Source: an uncultured Tissierellia bacterium
GTDB taxonomy: Bacteria; Bacillota; Clostridia; Tissierellales; Peptoniphilaceae
Direction: 5' to 3'
Length of the DNA: 64,000 nt
Assembly: GCA_902488465.1 (NCBI GenBank)
Contig: CABTWE010000004.1
Location: 10,654 to 74,653, forward strand
A program made the position numbers and the translations under genes. How positions within the stretch are numbered: the first letter of the stretch is position 1; each line of letters starts with the position of its first letter. Below are positions 19,259 to 29,829 of this stretch, one piece after another. The notes beneath the pieces were generated by a model. That model was not told the origin of the DNA, ran no database searches, and worked only from the letters and a program-made list of their open reading frames with translations.

Positions 19259-20971
19259 TTATAATTTAATTGGCTCTACAGTAATTGTTTTGAAGTCCTT
19301 GTATGTTACAAGTCCCGGTTTTGCACCGGGTATTTTTTTTACGTTTTTTACTTCAGTATAGTCGATATCAGATTTTATTGTTTTCCCTGAAAGAGCCGCG
19401 GCAAGGGAAGCACAATAAACAATATCTTCTTCGGTAACTGTTTCATTCGCAGACGACAAAATCACATGTGTGCCGGGTTCATTTCTAAGATGGAACCAAA
19501 GGTCACTTTTGTGTGCAAGTTTGTTTGTTAATTCATCGTTTTGAATATTGTTTCGTCCTGCACGAACAACAAGTCCACTCGGGGATTTAAATTCTCTGAA
19601 TTTAAGTTTCGGTTCACGTATCTTTTTCTTACTTTTAACCTTGAAATATCCACCGTCAATAAGTTCTTTTCTAATTGCACTTATTTCGTCTATGGTTTCA
19701 GTTTGTCTCAAATTTAAAAGTACGCTGTTTAAATAATAAATCTCATTTTTTATGTGAGGCATACGCTTTTTTAAAACTTCTTCTGTGTTTTTTAGTTTGG
19801 TGTACTTATTATACATCTTGTCCACATTTTGTTTCGGAGAAAGTGTTTCGTCAATATTAAGAGTAATCTCGGCATTGTCTTCACTATAAAAATTGTTAAC
19901 GATGATTTTTTTATCGCCTTTTTTTATTTTATAAATATTTGCTGCAAGAAGATCAGCCTTTAACTTTATCGACTCACGATCGCTTGCTTTTAACATATCT
20001 TTTTGATTGTTTGCCAGTGCTCTTTCAAGACTTTCAACTTTATTTTTTATCTTCTTCTCGAGTTCGTGAATTCTTGAAGTTTGAAGTTTGAGAAATGCAC
20101 GATTTTCGTAGAAAAATTTAACTGCATCATTCATCGAGTCAAATATCTTTTTATCGTGTGGACGCGGAGTGTCGAACGGTAAAATTCTAAATGGCTTGTC
20201 GTCTTTTAGAAGAACAGTAGGAGTAAAATCATTAGTTAAAATTCTATTTTTAATCACAATTATTTCATCGACGACTCTATTTTTGTCGGTGTCATCTAAG
20301 CTTGAATAATTTATATTTTCATCAAGATTTAATTTGAATAAAATGTCCAGCACAATATCCGGACTAAAACCTTCAAAATATCTATAGAGCGACTTTGAAA
20401 GTGGTTGAAGAGCATTTTCTTCAAGCACTTTTTTTATTTCCTCAAAATCCATTTTTAAAATATTTTTCTTGTCACTTACCGGAAGAGTGTATTCTTCTTT
20501 TGGAAGGACAAGGCGAACGCTGCTCATGTCGGGATAAACTCTTATAAGTGCATCCAAAATATTTCCACTTTTTGTTTCATACAAAATCAAATTTGAATAT
20601 TTTCCCATAATTTCAAAATTAAGGGATACTTTATCCAAATCAAAAACGTCGCCAGCGGTATCAAAATCAATTGAGATGACTCTGTCGAGACCGATTTGCC
20701 TTATGCCCGAAATCTTTCCGTTGGTTAAATATTTTCTAAGAAGCATCGTAAACATTGGAGGTTCTTTCGGATTGTCAAATTTATTTTTTGTCAGATAAAA
20801 AGCAGGGTTATCTGCAGAAAAACAAAAATATAAGGACATATTTTCACCTTTGTTTCTAAGATATATTATTATATCTCTGTTTTCTTGATAAATTTTATCT
20901 ATACGTGCATTCAAAAGCTTTTCCTGCATTTCATTTTTTAAAGCATATAGTGATACGCCGTTCATGCTCAT
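19259..20971 (-). CDS. rqcH: Ribosome quality control factor RqcH (NFACT/FbpA)
   Basis: PPMFTMLLRK, GLDRVI, EIMGKYSN, GRNNIQND, WFH..PGTHV; start set at ATG 20971 after GAGGTG. Confidence 0.93.
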   Translation of the reverse strand: MSMNGVSLYALKNEMQEKLLNARIDKIYQENRDIIIYLRNKGENMSLYFCFSADNPAFYLTKNKFDNPKEPPMFTMLLRKYLTNGKISGIRQIGLDRVISIDFDTAGDVFDLDKVSLNFEIMGKYSNLILYETKSGNILDALIRVYPDMSSVRLVLPKEEYTLPVSDKKNILKMDFEEIKKVLEENALQPLSKSLYRYFEGFSPDIVLDILFKLNLDENINYSSLDDTDKNRVVDEIIVIKNRILTNDFTPTVLLKDDKPFRILPFDTPRPHDKKIFDSMNDAVKFFYENRAFLKLQTSRIHELEKKIKNKVESLERALANNQKDMLKASDRESIKLKADLLAANIYKIKKGDKKIIVNNFYSEDNAEITLNIDETLSPKQNVDKMYNKYTKLKNTEEVLKKRMPHIKNEIYYLNSVLLNLRQTETIDEISAIRKELIDGGYFKVKSKKKIREPKLKFREFKSPSGLVVRAGRNNIQNDELTNKLAHKSDLWFHLRNEPGTHVILSSANETVTEEDIVYCASLAAALSGKTIKSDIDYTEVKNVKKIPGAKPGLVTYKDFKTITVEPIKL

Positions 20972-20990
20972 AAAAATCACCTCGTTGTAT

Positions 20991-21072
20991 ATTATATAAG
21001 ATTTTAGTTTTTACATCAAATATTAAGAAAAATTAATATTTCGTTGAATAACTAACGGCTATCCTATATAAT
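20991..21072. promoter_or_regulatory. Divergent SigA promoters for rqcH (-) and the gmk operon (+)
   Basis: Minus: TTGATG-17-TATAAT (21019-20991). Plus: TTGAAT-17-TATAAT (21044-21072). Confidence 0.7.
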
Positions 21073-21126
21073 ATAAGTAGAATGAAAATAAACAAAGGAG
21101 TTATTATGAAAAGGTGGTGGAATGTG

Positions 21127-21741
21127 ATGTCAAAAGGTTTTTTATTAGTTATATCAGGGCCATCCGGAGTTGGCAAAGGAACAGTTTGTGATGAATTGTT
21201 GAAAGAAGTTAATGACGTTGTTATGTCGGTTTCTGCAACTACACGCGATATGCGTCCGGGCGAAGTTGACGGCGAATCTTATTTCTTCGTTGACGACGAA
21301 CGATTCGAGGAAATGGTTGAGAACGAAGAGTTTTTAGAACATGCAAATGTACATGCACACAAGTATGGTACCCCAAAAAAATTTGTATTTGATAAAATCA
21401 AAGACGGAGAGGTTGTCATTCTTGAAATAGATGTTCAAGGTGCACTTCAAGTCAAGAAAGTTTATGATGAAGCGGTATTTATTATGCTTCTTCCGCCGAG
21501 CATGGTCGAACTAAAAAATAGAATTGTCGGCAGAAAAACGGAAACAGAAGAAGCAATAAATCTTCGAATGAACAATGCTTTTAAAGAACTCGATTTTGTT
21601 ACGGACTACGATTATTTCGTTGTTAATGACACGGTTCATGAGGCAGTTCAAAATATAAAGTCAATTATTGATGCAGAAAAACATAGAGTAAAGAGATTTA
21701 AATATATTAAAGAGAAAGTGTTAGGTGAAAAAGATGTATAA
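21127..21741 (+). CDS. gmk: Guanylate kinase
   Basis: SGPSGVGKGT, SATTR..RPGEVDG, LEIDVQGA; alternative in-frame start at 21106. Confidence 0.96.
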   Translation: MSKGFLLVISGPSGVGKGTVCDELLKEVNDVVMSVSATTRDMRPGEVDGESYFFVDDERFEEMVENEEFLEHANVHAHKYGTPKKFVFDKIKDGEVVILEIDVQGALQVKKVYDEAVFIMLLPPSMVELKNRIVGRKTETEEAINLRMNNAFKELDFVTDYDYFVVNDTVHEAVQNIKSIIDAEKHRVKRFKYIKEKVLGEKDV

Positions 21742-21925
21742 TCCATCGACAAAAGTTATAGGTGAAAATGAAAGCCGCTATACACTCGTTATGGTGGTGG
21801 CAAAGAGAGCACGCCAATTGGTTGCAGGTTCTCCAAAAAAAGTGGAAACGGATTTAACAAATCCGATTTCTATTGCGCTTGAAGAAATGAAGGAAGGCAA
21901 GATTAGTTTCGAGGAGAGTAAATAA
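21734..21925 (+). CDS. rpoZ: RNA polymerase omega subunit
   Basis: SRYTLVMVVAKRARQL, PISIALEE. Confidence 0.95.
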   Translation: MYNPSTKVIGENESRYTLVMVVAKRARQLVAGSPKKVETDLTNPISIALEEMKEGKISFEESK

Positions 21926-23103
21926 TGTTTGAGGGCAAGAGGGTCGTTCTTGCTGTTACAGGAGGCATTGCGGCATACAAATCAATTTATCTTGCAAGTT
22001 TACTCAGAAAAAAAGGTGCGATTGTCGAAACAATTTTAACTGAGGCCGCACAAAAATTCGTCACGCCTGTTTCCTTTAACGGAGTTACGGGACACGGCGT
22101 CTATTCAGACGGCTTCCAAAATATAAATGACGAAATTCCGCATATTTATCTTTCGAAATCGGATATGATTATTGTTGCTCCTGCTTCAAAAAATGAAATT
22201 GCAAAGCTTGCATGCGGTATGGCGGACAATCTTTTGACGAGCACGATAAGTGCGACGAAAAGTCCGGTTTTTATTGTGCCTGCAATGAATACAAACATGT
22301 ATTTGAATCCGATTAATCAAGAAAATCTTAAAAAGCTTAAAGAAATCGGATATATTATAATTGAACCGGTTAGCGGAAATCTTGCTTGCGGCGATGTCGG
22401 AATCGGAAAGATGAGAGAGCCTGATGAGATTTATAATTTCATTTCGGATTATTTTAAAAACGCTGAAGACGATTTTTATCGCGGTATGAATGTTATTGTG
22501 ACCGGAGGACCAACAATTTCGAAACTCGACCCGGTAAGGATTTTTACAAATCAGTCGAGCGGAAAGATGGGCGAAAGAATATGTGAAAGTCTCATAAAGA
22601 GAGGCGCAAACGTCACATATATAAGTTATAAAAAGCCGGCGAACGAAAGAATAAATCATATAAAAATCGAAACTACAGAGGATATGCTCGAGGAAATAAA
22701 AAAGAGAATGAGCGAAAATAAACTCCTTATCATGAGTGCAGCACCGCTTGATTACGAATTCGAATCATATCACGATGAAAAGATTAAAAAAGGCGAGGCG
22801 CTAACTTTTAAGATGAAGAGAACGCCGGACATTTTAAGGACTATAAAGCCGGAAAAAGGCGATTTAAAGGTGATCGGTTTTGCAGCGGAGAGCGAAAATG
22901 CGTATGAATATGGATTGGAAAAGCTCAAAAACAAGGGAATGGATATGATTTTTATAAACAACATTTTGAAGGACAATGTTTTCGGCTCGGAAGAAAATAA
23001 CGGCATCATGATTTCGAAGAACGGCGAAGAAAAGAAAGTTCCTAGAATGGATAAAAGTCTCATCGCAGATGCAATTCTCGATTTTTTTAAGGAGCAAAAT
23101 TAA
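21925..23103 (+). CDS. coaBC: Phosphopantothenoylcysteine decarboxylase/ligase CoaBC
   Basis: GGIAAYK, PAMNTNM, LACGDVG, DPVR..N.SSGKMG, GFAAE. Confidence 0.96.
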   Translation: MFEGKRVVLAVTGGIAAYKSIYLASLLRKKGAIVETILTEAAQKFVTPVSFNGVTGHGVYSDGFQNINDEIPHIYLSKSDMIIVAPASKNEIAKLACGMADNLLTSTISATKSPVFIVPAMNTNMYLNPINQENLKKLKEIGYIIIEPVSGNLACGDVGIGKMREPDEIYNFISDYFKNAEDDFYRGMNVIVTGGPTISKLDPVRIFTNQSSGKMGERICESLIKRGANVTYISYKKPANERINHIKIETTEDMLEEIKKRMSENKLLIMSAAPLDYEFESYHDEKIKKGEALTFKMKRTPDILRTIKPEKGDLKVIGFAAESENAYEYGLEKLKNKGMDMIFINNILKDNVFGSEENNGIMISKNGEEKKVPRMDKSLIADAILDFFKEQN

Positions 23104-25442
23104 TGTATATCAGTGTAGTTGTAAATAAAAGCAACGATGCACTTGATAAGTCTTTCAGTTACACAGTTCCGAAAAATCTTGAGAGCGAAATAAAAAAATA
23201 TAAGCGTGTAATTGTTCCATTTGGCAGGGGCAACAAACCGCTCACTGCAATAATTACCGAGGTTTTTGACAAAGAGCCGGAATTTGATTTTAAATTGAAG
23301 GACATCATCTCGGTTGTCGACGACAAGCCGTTTATAAATGATGACGATGCAGATGTCGCCGGTTATATTTCGAAAATTACCGGAGCAAATTTTGTGGACT
23401 CTCTGAAATTATTTTTTCCACCGGTGAGCTTTGATTCGATTCTTACGGGATATAAAAAGAACACAGAATTCGATGATTCGGGTATTTTCTCAAATGATTT
23501 TTTAATCGATGAGGAAAAAATCCGAGAAAACAGAGAAAAGCTTCTGAAATGGGAAGATGAGGGGCTTATAAGACAGTTTTTTAAATTGAAAAATGAGCCG
23601 AAGATTAAAACGGAAAACGTTTTGATTCCGACCGGAAATATTTCGGATGATTTGACTGAAAGACAGAAAGAAATTTTTAAAGAAATTCAAAAGAAAAAAT
23701 ACACTAAAGCTCAATTAAAATCTACTTTTGGTGTGAGCGACAGTGTTATAAATCAACTACTAAAAAAGAATCTGGTAAAAGTAGTGGAAGTAGAAGTCGG
23801 AGATCTAGAAGATGAGAGTGAATCTTATCTGAAAATTTCTCTAAATGCTGATCAGCAAAGAGTTTATGACGGCATTTTAAATGAATATAGAAATAAAAAA
23901 CAAAACAATTTTTTACTTCGCGGAATTACGGGCTCAGGTAAAACAGAAGTCTATCTTCAATTGGTTGAAGAGGTTTTAAAAGAAGGAAAGAATGCGATTA
24001 TTCTCGTTCCGGAGATTGGTCTTACTCCACAAACTGTGAGAAGATTTAAAGGGCGTTTTAAGGAGGATATCGCAATCATCCACTCAAGACTAAATAAAAC
24101 TGAGAGATTCAGAGAATGGATGAAAATAAAGAACCAGGAAGTTCGAATAGTCGTCGGTGCGAGAAGTGCGGTTTTTAGTCCGTTAAAAAATATCGGTATC
24201 ATAATAATCGATGAAGAGCACGACAGCTCATACGTTTCGGGGAAAACTCCGAGATACAAGACGGTTGATGTTGCGAGATATAGAGTAAAAAAAGACGATG
24301 GAATACTTCTTCTTGGAAGTGCAACTCCGTCAATCACGACATATTTCGAGTCGAGTAAAGGACTTTTCAGTCTTTATGAACTCGACAAGAGAGCGAACGG
24401 TAGACCGGTTCCTGAAATAGAGGTTGCGGATATGCGTGAAGAGTTAAACGAAGGGAACACTTCGATTTTCAGTTTGAAACTTTACGAAGCGATATTGGAC
24501 AATCTAGAGAAAAAAGAACAGGTTATACTTTTCTTAAATAGACGTGGATTTTTCGGCTCGGTTTCTTGCAGAAGCTGCGGAGAAAGCATTAAATGTGAAC
24601 ATTGCGACGTTTCTATGACATATCACAAACGAGAAAATCTTTTGATTTGCCACTATTGCGGTCGCACGAAAAGATATCCCGAAAGTTGTCCGGTTTGCGG
24701 TTCGAAGAAAATCAAGGAGTTTGGAATCGGTACAGAACAAGTCGAGGATATTACGAGAAAAACTTTTCCGAATGCACGAGTGCAGAGGATGGACAGAGAC
24801 ACGACTGCAAGAAAAAATGCACACTCGAACATTTATAACGAAATGAACGACGGTAAGATTGACATATTGATCGGCACACAAATGATTGCAAAGGGGCTCG
24901 ACTTTAAAAACGTGACACTCGTTGGCATTTTGGCAGCGGATATGACACTTAGAATTCAAGACTACAGAGCACCCGAATGGACATACAGCCTTATAAGACA
25001 GGTTGCAGGCAGATCCGGAAGAGGTGACAAAGACGGCAGAGTGATTCTTCAGACTTATCAACCGGATCACTATGCGATTGATTACAGTGTGAAGTCGTCG
25101 TACACCGATTTTTATAGAAAAGAAATACTGATAAGAGATGAATTTAAGTATCCGCCATTTTATAATATAATTGTTCTAAAAAACGAAGGGGCGGACAATA
25201 ATAAGACATATAATGATTTAAAAGATATTTATGATAAGGTTTATCTGGAGCTCCAAAGAGTGAGGATTGATGCGGTTGTGCTGCATCCAAATCCTTGTCC
25301 GATTTCAAAAATTAATGGAGTTTACAGATGGCAATTTATGGTGAAGGTTAGACCGGAGCTTTTAAATGATATGATTAATTATATAAACAGTTTGGAATTA
25401 GGGAATATAACAGTAAATGTGGACCCTATAAATATGATGTAA
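23103..25442 (+). CDS. priA: Primosomal protein N'
   Basis: GITGSGKTEVY, PEIGLTPQ, DEEH, Cys-rich zinc region, GTQMIAKG, QVAGRSGR. Confidence 0.97.
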   Translation: MYISVVVNKSNDALDKSFSYTVPKNLESEIKKYKRVIVPFGRGNKPLTAIITEVFDKEPEFDFKLKDIISVVDDKPFINDDDADVAGYISKITGANFVDSLKLFFPPVSFDSILTGYKKNTEFDDSGIFSNDFLIDEEKIRENREKLLKWEDEGLIRQFFKLKNEPKIKTENVLIPTGNISDDLTERQKEIFKEIQKKKYTKAQLKSTFGVSDSVINQLLKKNLVKVVEVEVGDLEDESESYLKISLNADQQRVYDGILNEYRNKKQNNFLLRGITGSGKTEVYLQLVEEVLKEGKNAIILVPEIGLTPQTVRRFKGRFKEDIAIIHSRLNKTERFREWMKIKNQEVRIVVGARSAVFSPLKNIGIIIIDEEHDSSYVSGKTPRYKTVDVARYRVKKDDGILLLGSATPSITTYFESSKGLFSLYELDKRANGRPVPEIEVADMREELNEGNTSIFSLKLYEAILDNLEKKEQVILFLNRRGFFGSVSCRSCGESIKCEHCDVSMTYHKRENLLICHYCGRTKRYPESCPVCGSKKIKEFGIGTEQVEDITRKTFPNARVQRMDRDTTARKNAHSNIYNEMNDGKIDILIGTQMIAKGLDFKNVTLVGILAADMTLRIQDYRAPEWTYSLIRQVAGRSGRGDKDGRVILQTYQPDHYAIDYSVKSSYTDFYRKEILIRDEFKYPPFYNIIVLKNEGADNNKTYNDLKDIYDKVYLELQRVRIDAVVLHPNPCPISKINGVYRWQFMVKVRPELLNDMINYINSLELGNITVNVDPINMM

Positions 25443-25451
25443 GGAGATTTT

Positions 25452-25919
25452 ATGGCAATAAGAAAAATAAGAATTGACGGTGACCCGATTCTTCGAAAAA
25501 TATCAAAGCCGGTAAAAGAGCTTAACGATAAAATTTATGAGCTAATAGACGACATGGTCGAGACTATGTTTCACGAGCAAGGCGTTGGAATTGCAGCTGT
25601 TCAAGTTGGAGCTTTAAGACGTATAATCGTTATTGACCCTGAACCGGAAAACGAAGACGGCGATATAATGGTTTTGATAAACCCTGAAATTGTCGAGTCG
25701 AGCGGTGAAGAAGAAGGCCTTGAGGGCTGTCTTTCAATTCCTGGCAGACGTGGAATTGTGCCGAGACCGACTTATGTTAAAGTAAAATATGTAAATGAAG
25801 ATGGCGAAGATGTGGAGTTTGAAGCTCGAGATTTTGTTGCGAGAGAACTTTGTCACGAAATTGATCACATCGACGGCATTTTATACAAGGATAAGATGAT
25901 TGGGGATTATGAACAGTAG
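25452..25919 (+). CDS. def: Peptide deformylase
   Basis: GVGIAAVQ, EGCLS, HEIDH. Confidence 0.97.
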   Translation: MAIRKIRIDGDPILRKISKPVKELNDKIYELIDDMVETMFHEQGVGIAAVQVGALRRIIVIDPEPENEDGDIMVLINPEIVESSGEEEGLEGCLSIPGRRGIVPRPTYVKVKYVNEDGEDVEFEARDFVARELCHEIDHIDGILYKDKMIGDYEQ

Positions 25920-26832
25920 TATTGTATTTTTCAGCTCAACTGATTTCGGAGCTTCGGTTTTAGAAAAACTTATTGACACAAATGAAAACGTAGTTGCAGT
26001 TGTGACGAGAACGGACAAGGTGAGAAAACGCGGGAATAAGGTCGACATGACACCTGTAAAAAAAGTTGCACTAGAACATAATATCGAAGTTTTGGAATAT
26101 GACAGAATTGACGAAGAGGGAAAGACGAAACTTAAAGAAATTTCGCCGGACTTTTTTGTCGTTGTCGCATATGGAGCGATTTTAAGTGAAGAAGTTTTAA
26201 ATATTCCGAAAATTTCTCCTATAAATATTCATGCATCACTTCTTCCGAATTTAAGGGGAGCAAGTCCGATTGAATCCGCAATTCTGCTTGGGGAAAAGAA
26301 AACCGGTATCAGCTATATGAGAATGAATAAAGGACTTGACACCGGAGATGTCTATAGAAAAATTGAAGTTGAAATTTCTGAGACCGAGACTTTTGATACA
26401 CTGAATAAAAAACTTTTGAATGTAACTAATGAGTCGATAAATACGATTTTAAAAGATGTTTCGGAAGGACTTGAACCGATTCCACAAGGGGGCGAGAGTT
26501 CGTATGCGAAAAAGATTTTAAAAGACGACACGATAATCGATTTTTCAAAAAATGCGGTTGATGTGAAGAATATGATAAATAGTCTTTCAACGCATATAGG
26601 TGCGGTTGCTTTTATCGAGTCAAATCGTTATAAGTTTTTTAACGCAAGGACTGCGAATGTAAAGCTAACACCGCGTGAAATCAAATGCGACGGAGGCAGG
26701 ATTTTTATCGGTGCTGGAGATTCATCGGTTGTGATTTTAAATATTCAAGCACCGGGCAAAAAGAGAATGGATGCGAAATCGTTTTTACTCGGAAATAAAT
26801 TAGAGGGTTTTGTGGATGGCAAAGATAATTAA
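25909..26832 (+). CDS. fmt: Methionyl-tRNA formyltransferase
   Basis: VVAYG, NIHASLLP..RGASP, LDTGD; follows def. Confidence 0.95.
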   Translation: MNSSIVFFSSTDFGASVLEKLIDTNENVVAVVTRTDKVRKRGNKVDMTPVKKVALEHNIEVLEYDRIDEEGKTKLKEISPDFFVVVAYGAILSEEVLNIPKISPINIHASLLPNLRGASPIESAILLGEKKTGISYMRMNKGLDTGDVYRKIEVEISETETFDTLNKKLLNVTNESINTILKDVSEGLEPIPQGGESSYAKKILKDDTIIDFSKNAVDVKNMINSLSTHIGAVAFIESNRYKFFNARTANVKLTPREIKCDGGRIFIGAGDSSVVILNIQAPGKKRMDAKSFLLGNKLEGFVDGKDN

Positions 26833-28075
26833 AAAAGAAACACCGACAAACGACAGAGAGATTATCTACAATGTTTTGTATGATTCAATAATAAACGGCA
26901 GATTCTCAAACGATGCGCTTCGACGTGTTAAAAGTGAGCACATGCCTTTTATCACGGACTCGGTTTACGGAGTCATAGAAAGAAAGATCACTCTTCAATA
27001 TATTTTGGAAAGTTTTTCAAAGATGAAGAAAAACAAGATTCAAGATGAAGTCAGGATTTTGATTTATATCGGCATCTATCATCTTCTTTACACAAATATA
27101 AAGGCTTATGCTGCAATCTATGAGGTTGTGGAGATGGTGAAAAAGAAGACTAACAAAGGCGCAGCTAGTTTTGCGAACGGTATTTTGAGAAGTGTTCAAA
27201 GAGAAAAGAATAAGATTTTAAAAGATATAGAAAACTCCGACTTTTCAATAAAATATTCTGTGAGCGAAGAATTCATCAAGCTTCTAAGAGTGAATTTGAG
27301 TGATGAAGAAATCGAAAGTTTTTTAAAACACAGCTTTGAAAGTCCGCTTGTTCACGTTTATGTGAGAAGAAACGAAGAAGATATTTTAAAGACACTCGAT
27401 GAAAATGCAATGAATTATACAAAAAAAGATGATTTTATATTTATAAAAAATTTCAATCGAAATGCATTGAAAACATTTTTTGAAAGAGGTGACGTGGCGA
27501 TTTTGGACTATTCGACCTCGTTTATAAGAGAGGCGTTTTCAAATATCGAAAAAGAAAATATAAAAACGGTGATAGACCTTTGTGCGGCACCGGGAGGGAA
27601 AACACTTCTCGTTTCGGATGCACTCGGCTCTCCGAAAATCGTTTCGGAGGATATAAACGATACACGTGTGAATCTTCTTTTGAGAAATATAAACACATGG
27701 GGGTTAAGCAATGTCGTTGCAAAACTTTCAGATGCGACGGAATATGAGGGCGGAACCTATGATTTGGTTGTCGCCGACGTTCCGTGTAGCGGAAGCGGTG
27801 TTATAAGAAGACGTCCTGAGCTTAAATACAAGATTGAAAAAAGTTCAATCGATGAGCTAAATGTTACGCAAAAAAAGATTCTTTCAAATGCAAAAAATTA
27901 TGTGAAAGATGACGGATACATTATTTATTCGACTTGCTCGATTTTAAAACAGGAAAACGAGGATGTGCTTGAATATGCGAAGCGTGAACTCGGATTGGAA
28001 GTTTTGTGGCACGAAACATTTATGTTAAACGAAGAACACGAAGGATTCTTTGTAAGTTTATTAAAAGTGAGATAA
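26816..28075 (+). CDS. rsmB: 16S rRNA m5C967 methyltransferase RsmB (Sun)
   Basis: NusB-like N-terminus, DLCAAPGGKT, DVPCSGSG, YSTCS. Confidence 0.9.
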   Translation: MAKIIKKETPTNDREIIYNVLYDSIINGRFSNDALRRVKSEHMPFITDSVYGVIERKITLQYILESFSKMKKNKIQDEVRILIYIGIYHLLYTNIKAYAAIYEVVEMVKKKTNKGAASFANGILRSVQREKNKILKDIENSDFSIKYSVSEEFIKLLRVNLSDEEIESFLKHSFESPLVHVYVRRNEEDILKTLDENAMNYTKKDDFIFIKNFNRNALKTFFERGDVAILDYSTSFIREAFSNIEKENIKTVIDLCAAPGGKTLLVSDALGSPKIVSEDINDTRVNLLLRNINTWGLSNVVAKLSDATEYEGGTYDLVVADVPCSGSGVIRRRPELKYKIEKSSIDELNVTQKKILSNAKNYVKDDGYIIYSTCSILKQENEDVLEYAKRELGLEVLWHETFMLNEEHEGFFVSLLKVR

Positions 28076-28076
28076 T

Positions 28077-29105
28077 ATGATTTATTTAGATGATTTGGAT
28101 TTTTCAGAAATGGAACAATTTGCCGAAAAACTTGGACTGCAAAAATATAGAGCCGGTCAGATTTTTTCATTTATTCATAAAAATAAAGTTAAATCGCTCG
28201 ATGAGATCACAGTTCTCAAAAAAGATTTGCGCGAAGAATTGAAAAATCAATGCAAACTTACAGATGTAAAAATAATTCATAGAGCGATATCGAAAATCGA
28301 TGACACAATAAAATATTTGCTCGAACTTCCGGACGGAGAAATTGTAGAAGCGGTTTATATGGCTTATGAAGACAGAAAATCCATCTGCATATCATCTCAA
28401 GTCGGTTGCAATATGGGTTGCGTTTTCTGTGCATCGACCAAAGGCGGAAAGGCAAGAAATCTTACCGCAGCTGAGATGCTTAGGCAAATTTATGAAATAG
28501 AAAATGAAAACGGCCGCATAGAAAATATTGTAATTATGGGACAGGGCGAACCGCTCGATAACTTTGAAAATTTAGTTAAGTTTTTAAAAATTATCAGCGA
28601 TGAACGCGGCGCTGACAAGTCTTTTCGAAAAATTACGGTGTCGACTTGCGGAATCCCTGAAAAAATTAAAGCTCTTGCGGACTATGATTTTCCAATCACT
28701 CTTGCACTTTCGCTCCACAGGACAACTGATGAAGAGAGAAGCAAGCTCATGCCGATAAATAGAGCATATAATATCGAAAGTGTGATGGATGCTCTATCAT
28801 ATTATTACGAAAAGACTAATCGAAGGATTTCATTTGAATATATGGTTATAGGCGGAGAAAATGATTCGCCGGGCGATGCAAAGAGAATTCGGGAATTTGC
28901 AAGACGGATTCATGCTCACGTGAATATTTTAGAATTAAATCCAATTAAGGAATACAGCGACGGCGGCAAGAAAAATGCCGCGAGGGAGTTTTGTGATTTA
29001 CTCACATCAAACGGAGTGAACGCAACATTTAGAAACAGTAGGGGTAAGGACATTGACGGAGCTTGCGGTCAATTGAGACGCAAGTACAAGGAAAGGAATT
29101 GTTAA
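28077..29105 (+). CDS. rlmN: 23S rRNA A2503 C2-methyltransferase RlmN
   Basis: SSQVGCNMGCVFC, MGQGEP, IDGACGQL. Confidence 0.93.
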   Translation: MIYLDDLDFSEMEQFAEKLGLQKYRAGQIFSFIHKNKVKSLDEITVLKKDLREELKNQCKLTDVKIIHRAISKIDDTIKYLLELPDGEIVEAVYMAYEDRKSICISSQVGCNMGCVFCASTKGGKARNLTAAEMLRQIYEIENENGRIENIVIMGQGEPLDNFENLVKFLKIISDERGADKSFRKITVSTCGIPEKIKALADYDFPITLALSLHRTTDEERSKLMPINRAYNIESVMDALSYYYEKTNRRISFEYMVIGGENDSPGDAKRIREFARRIHAHVNILELNPIKEYSDGGKKNAAREFCDLLTSNGVNATFRNSRGKDIDGACGQLRRKYKERNC

Positions 29106-29828
29106 ATGATATATAGTGCTAAAAGCGATGTCGGCAAAATACGGCCGAACAACGAAGATGCTTATTTAATCAAAAATGAAAACGGACTATATGTTTTTCT
29201 TGTTTGTGACGGTATGGGAGGTCACAAAAAAGGCGAAGTTGCTAGTCAGATGGCAAGAGATTTTGTGGAGGAATTTGATTTTTCATTTGACGGCAAGTCT
29301 GACGATGAGATTCTTCAAATACTAAGAGACCTCGTGAATAAAGCCAACATAAAAATTTATTTGAAAGGCAAGAACGACGACGAAATGCGTGGCATGGGAA
29401 CTACTTTCAGCCTTGCGGTTTTGTATAATAAAAAAATTTATTACGCACACATAGGCGACAGCAGAATTTATGTTTTGAAGGACAAGCTCATAATGATTTC
29501 GAAGGATCACACCTTGATTGGCGAACTTATTGAAAAAGGTGTAATCTTAGACAGCAAGGATAGGGCGGATTTGAAAAATTATATAACTCAAGCCCTTGGA
29601 TCCTCATCAATTGTTGAACCGGCAATCGGTTCGATTGATGCAACCGATGTCAAAAAGATTTTTATTTGTTCGGATGGCGTTACGACTTATCTTGATGATA
29701 AGAGCATTGAAAAGTTTGTTGCATGCAAAAAAAGCCCGCAAGAAATTGTCGACGCAATTGTCGATGAAGCGTTAAAACTTGGCGGAAGAGATAATATTAC
29801 CTGCTTGATTGCAGAGATCGGAGATTAA
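29106..29828 (+). CDS. stp1: PP2C-type Ser/Thr phosphatase Stp1/PrpC
   Basis: NED, DGMGGH, GMGTT, HIGDSR, CSDG, GGRDNIT. Confidence 0.94.
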   Translation: MIYSAKSDVGKIRPNNEDAYLIKNENGLYVFLVCDGMGGHKKGEVASQMARDFVEEFDFSFDGKSDDEILQILRDLVNKANIKIYLKGKNDDEMRGMGTTFSLAVLYNKKIYYAHIGDSRIYVLKDKLIMISKDHTLIGELIEKGVILDSKDRADLKNYITQALGSSSIVEPAIGSIDATDVKKIFICSDGVTTYLDDKSIEKFVACKKSPQEIVDAIVDEALKLGGRDNITCLIAEIGD

Positions 29829-29829
29829 T

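Noticed and set aside
22186..25070. Long antisense ORFs (157 aa, 126 aa, 178 aa) and similar ones throughout the track
   Set aside because: Shadows of conserved + strand genes, with no motifs or ribosome binding sites
28534..28551. RlmN MGQGEP variant as a Cfr-like resistance enzyme
   Set aside because: It sits in the housekeeping rsmB-rlmN-stp1-pknB operon and this position varies among RlmN proteins
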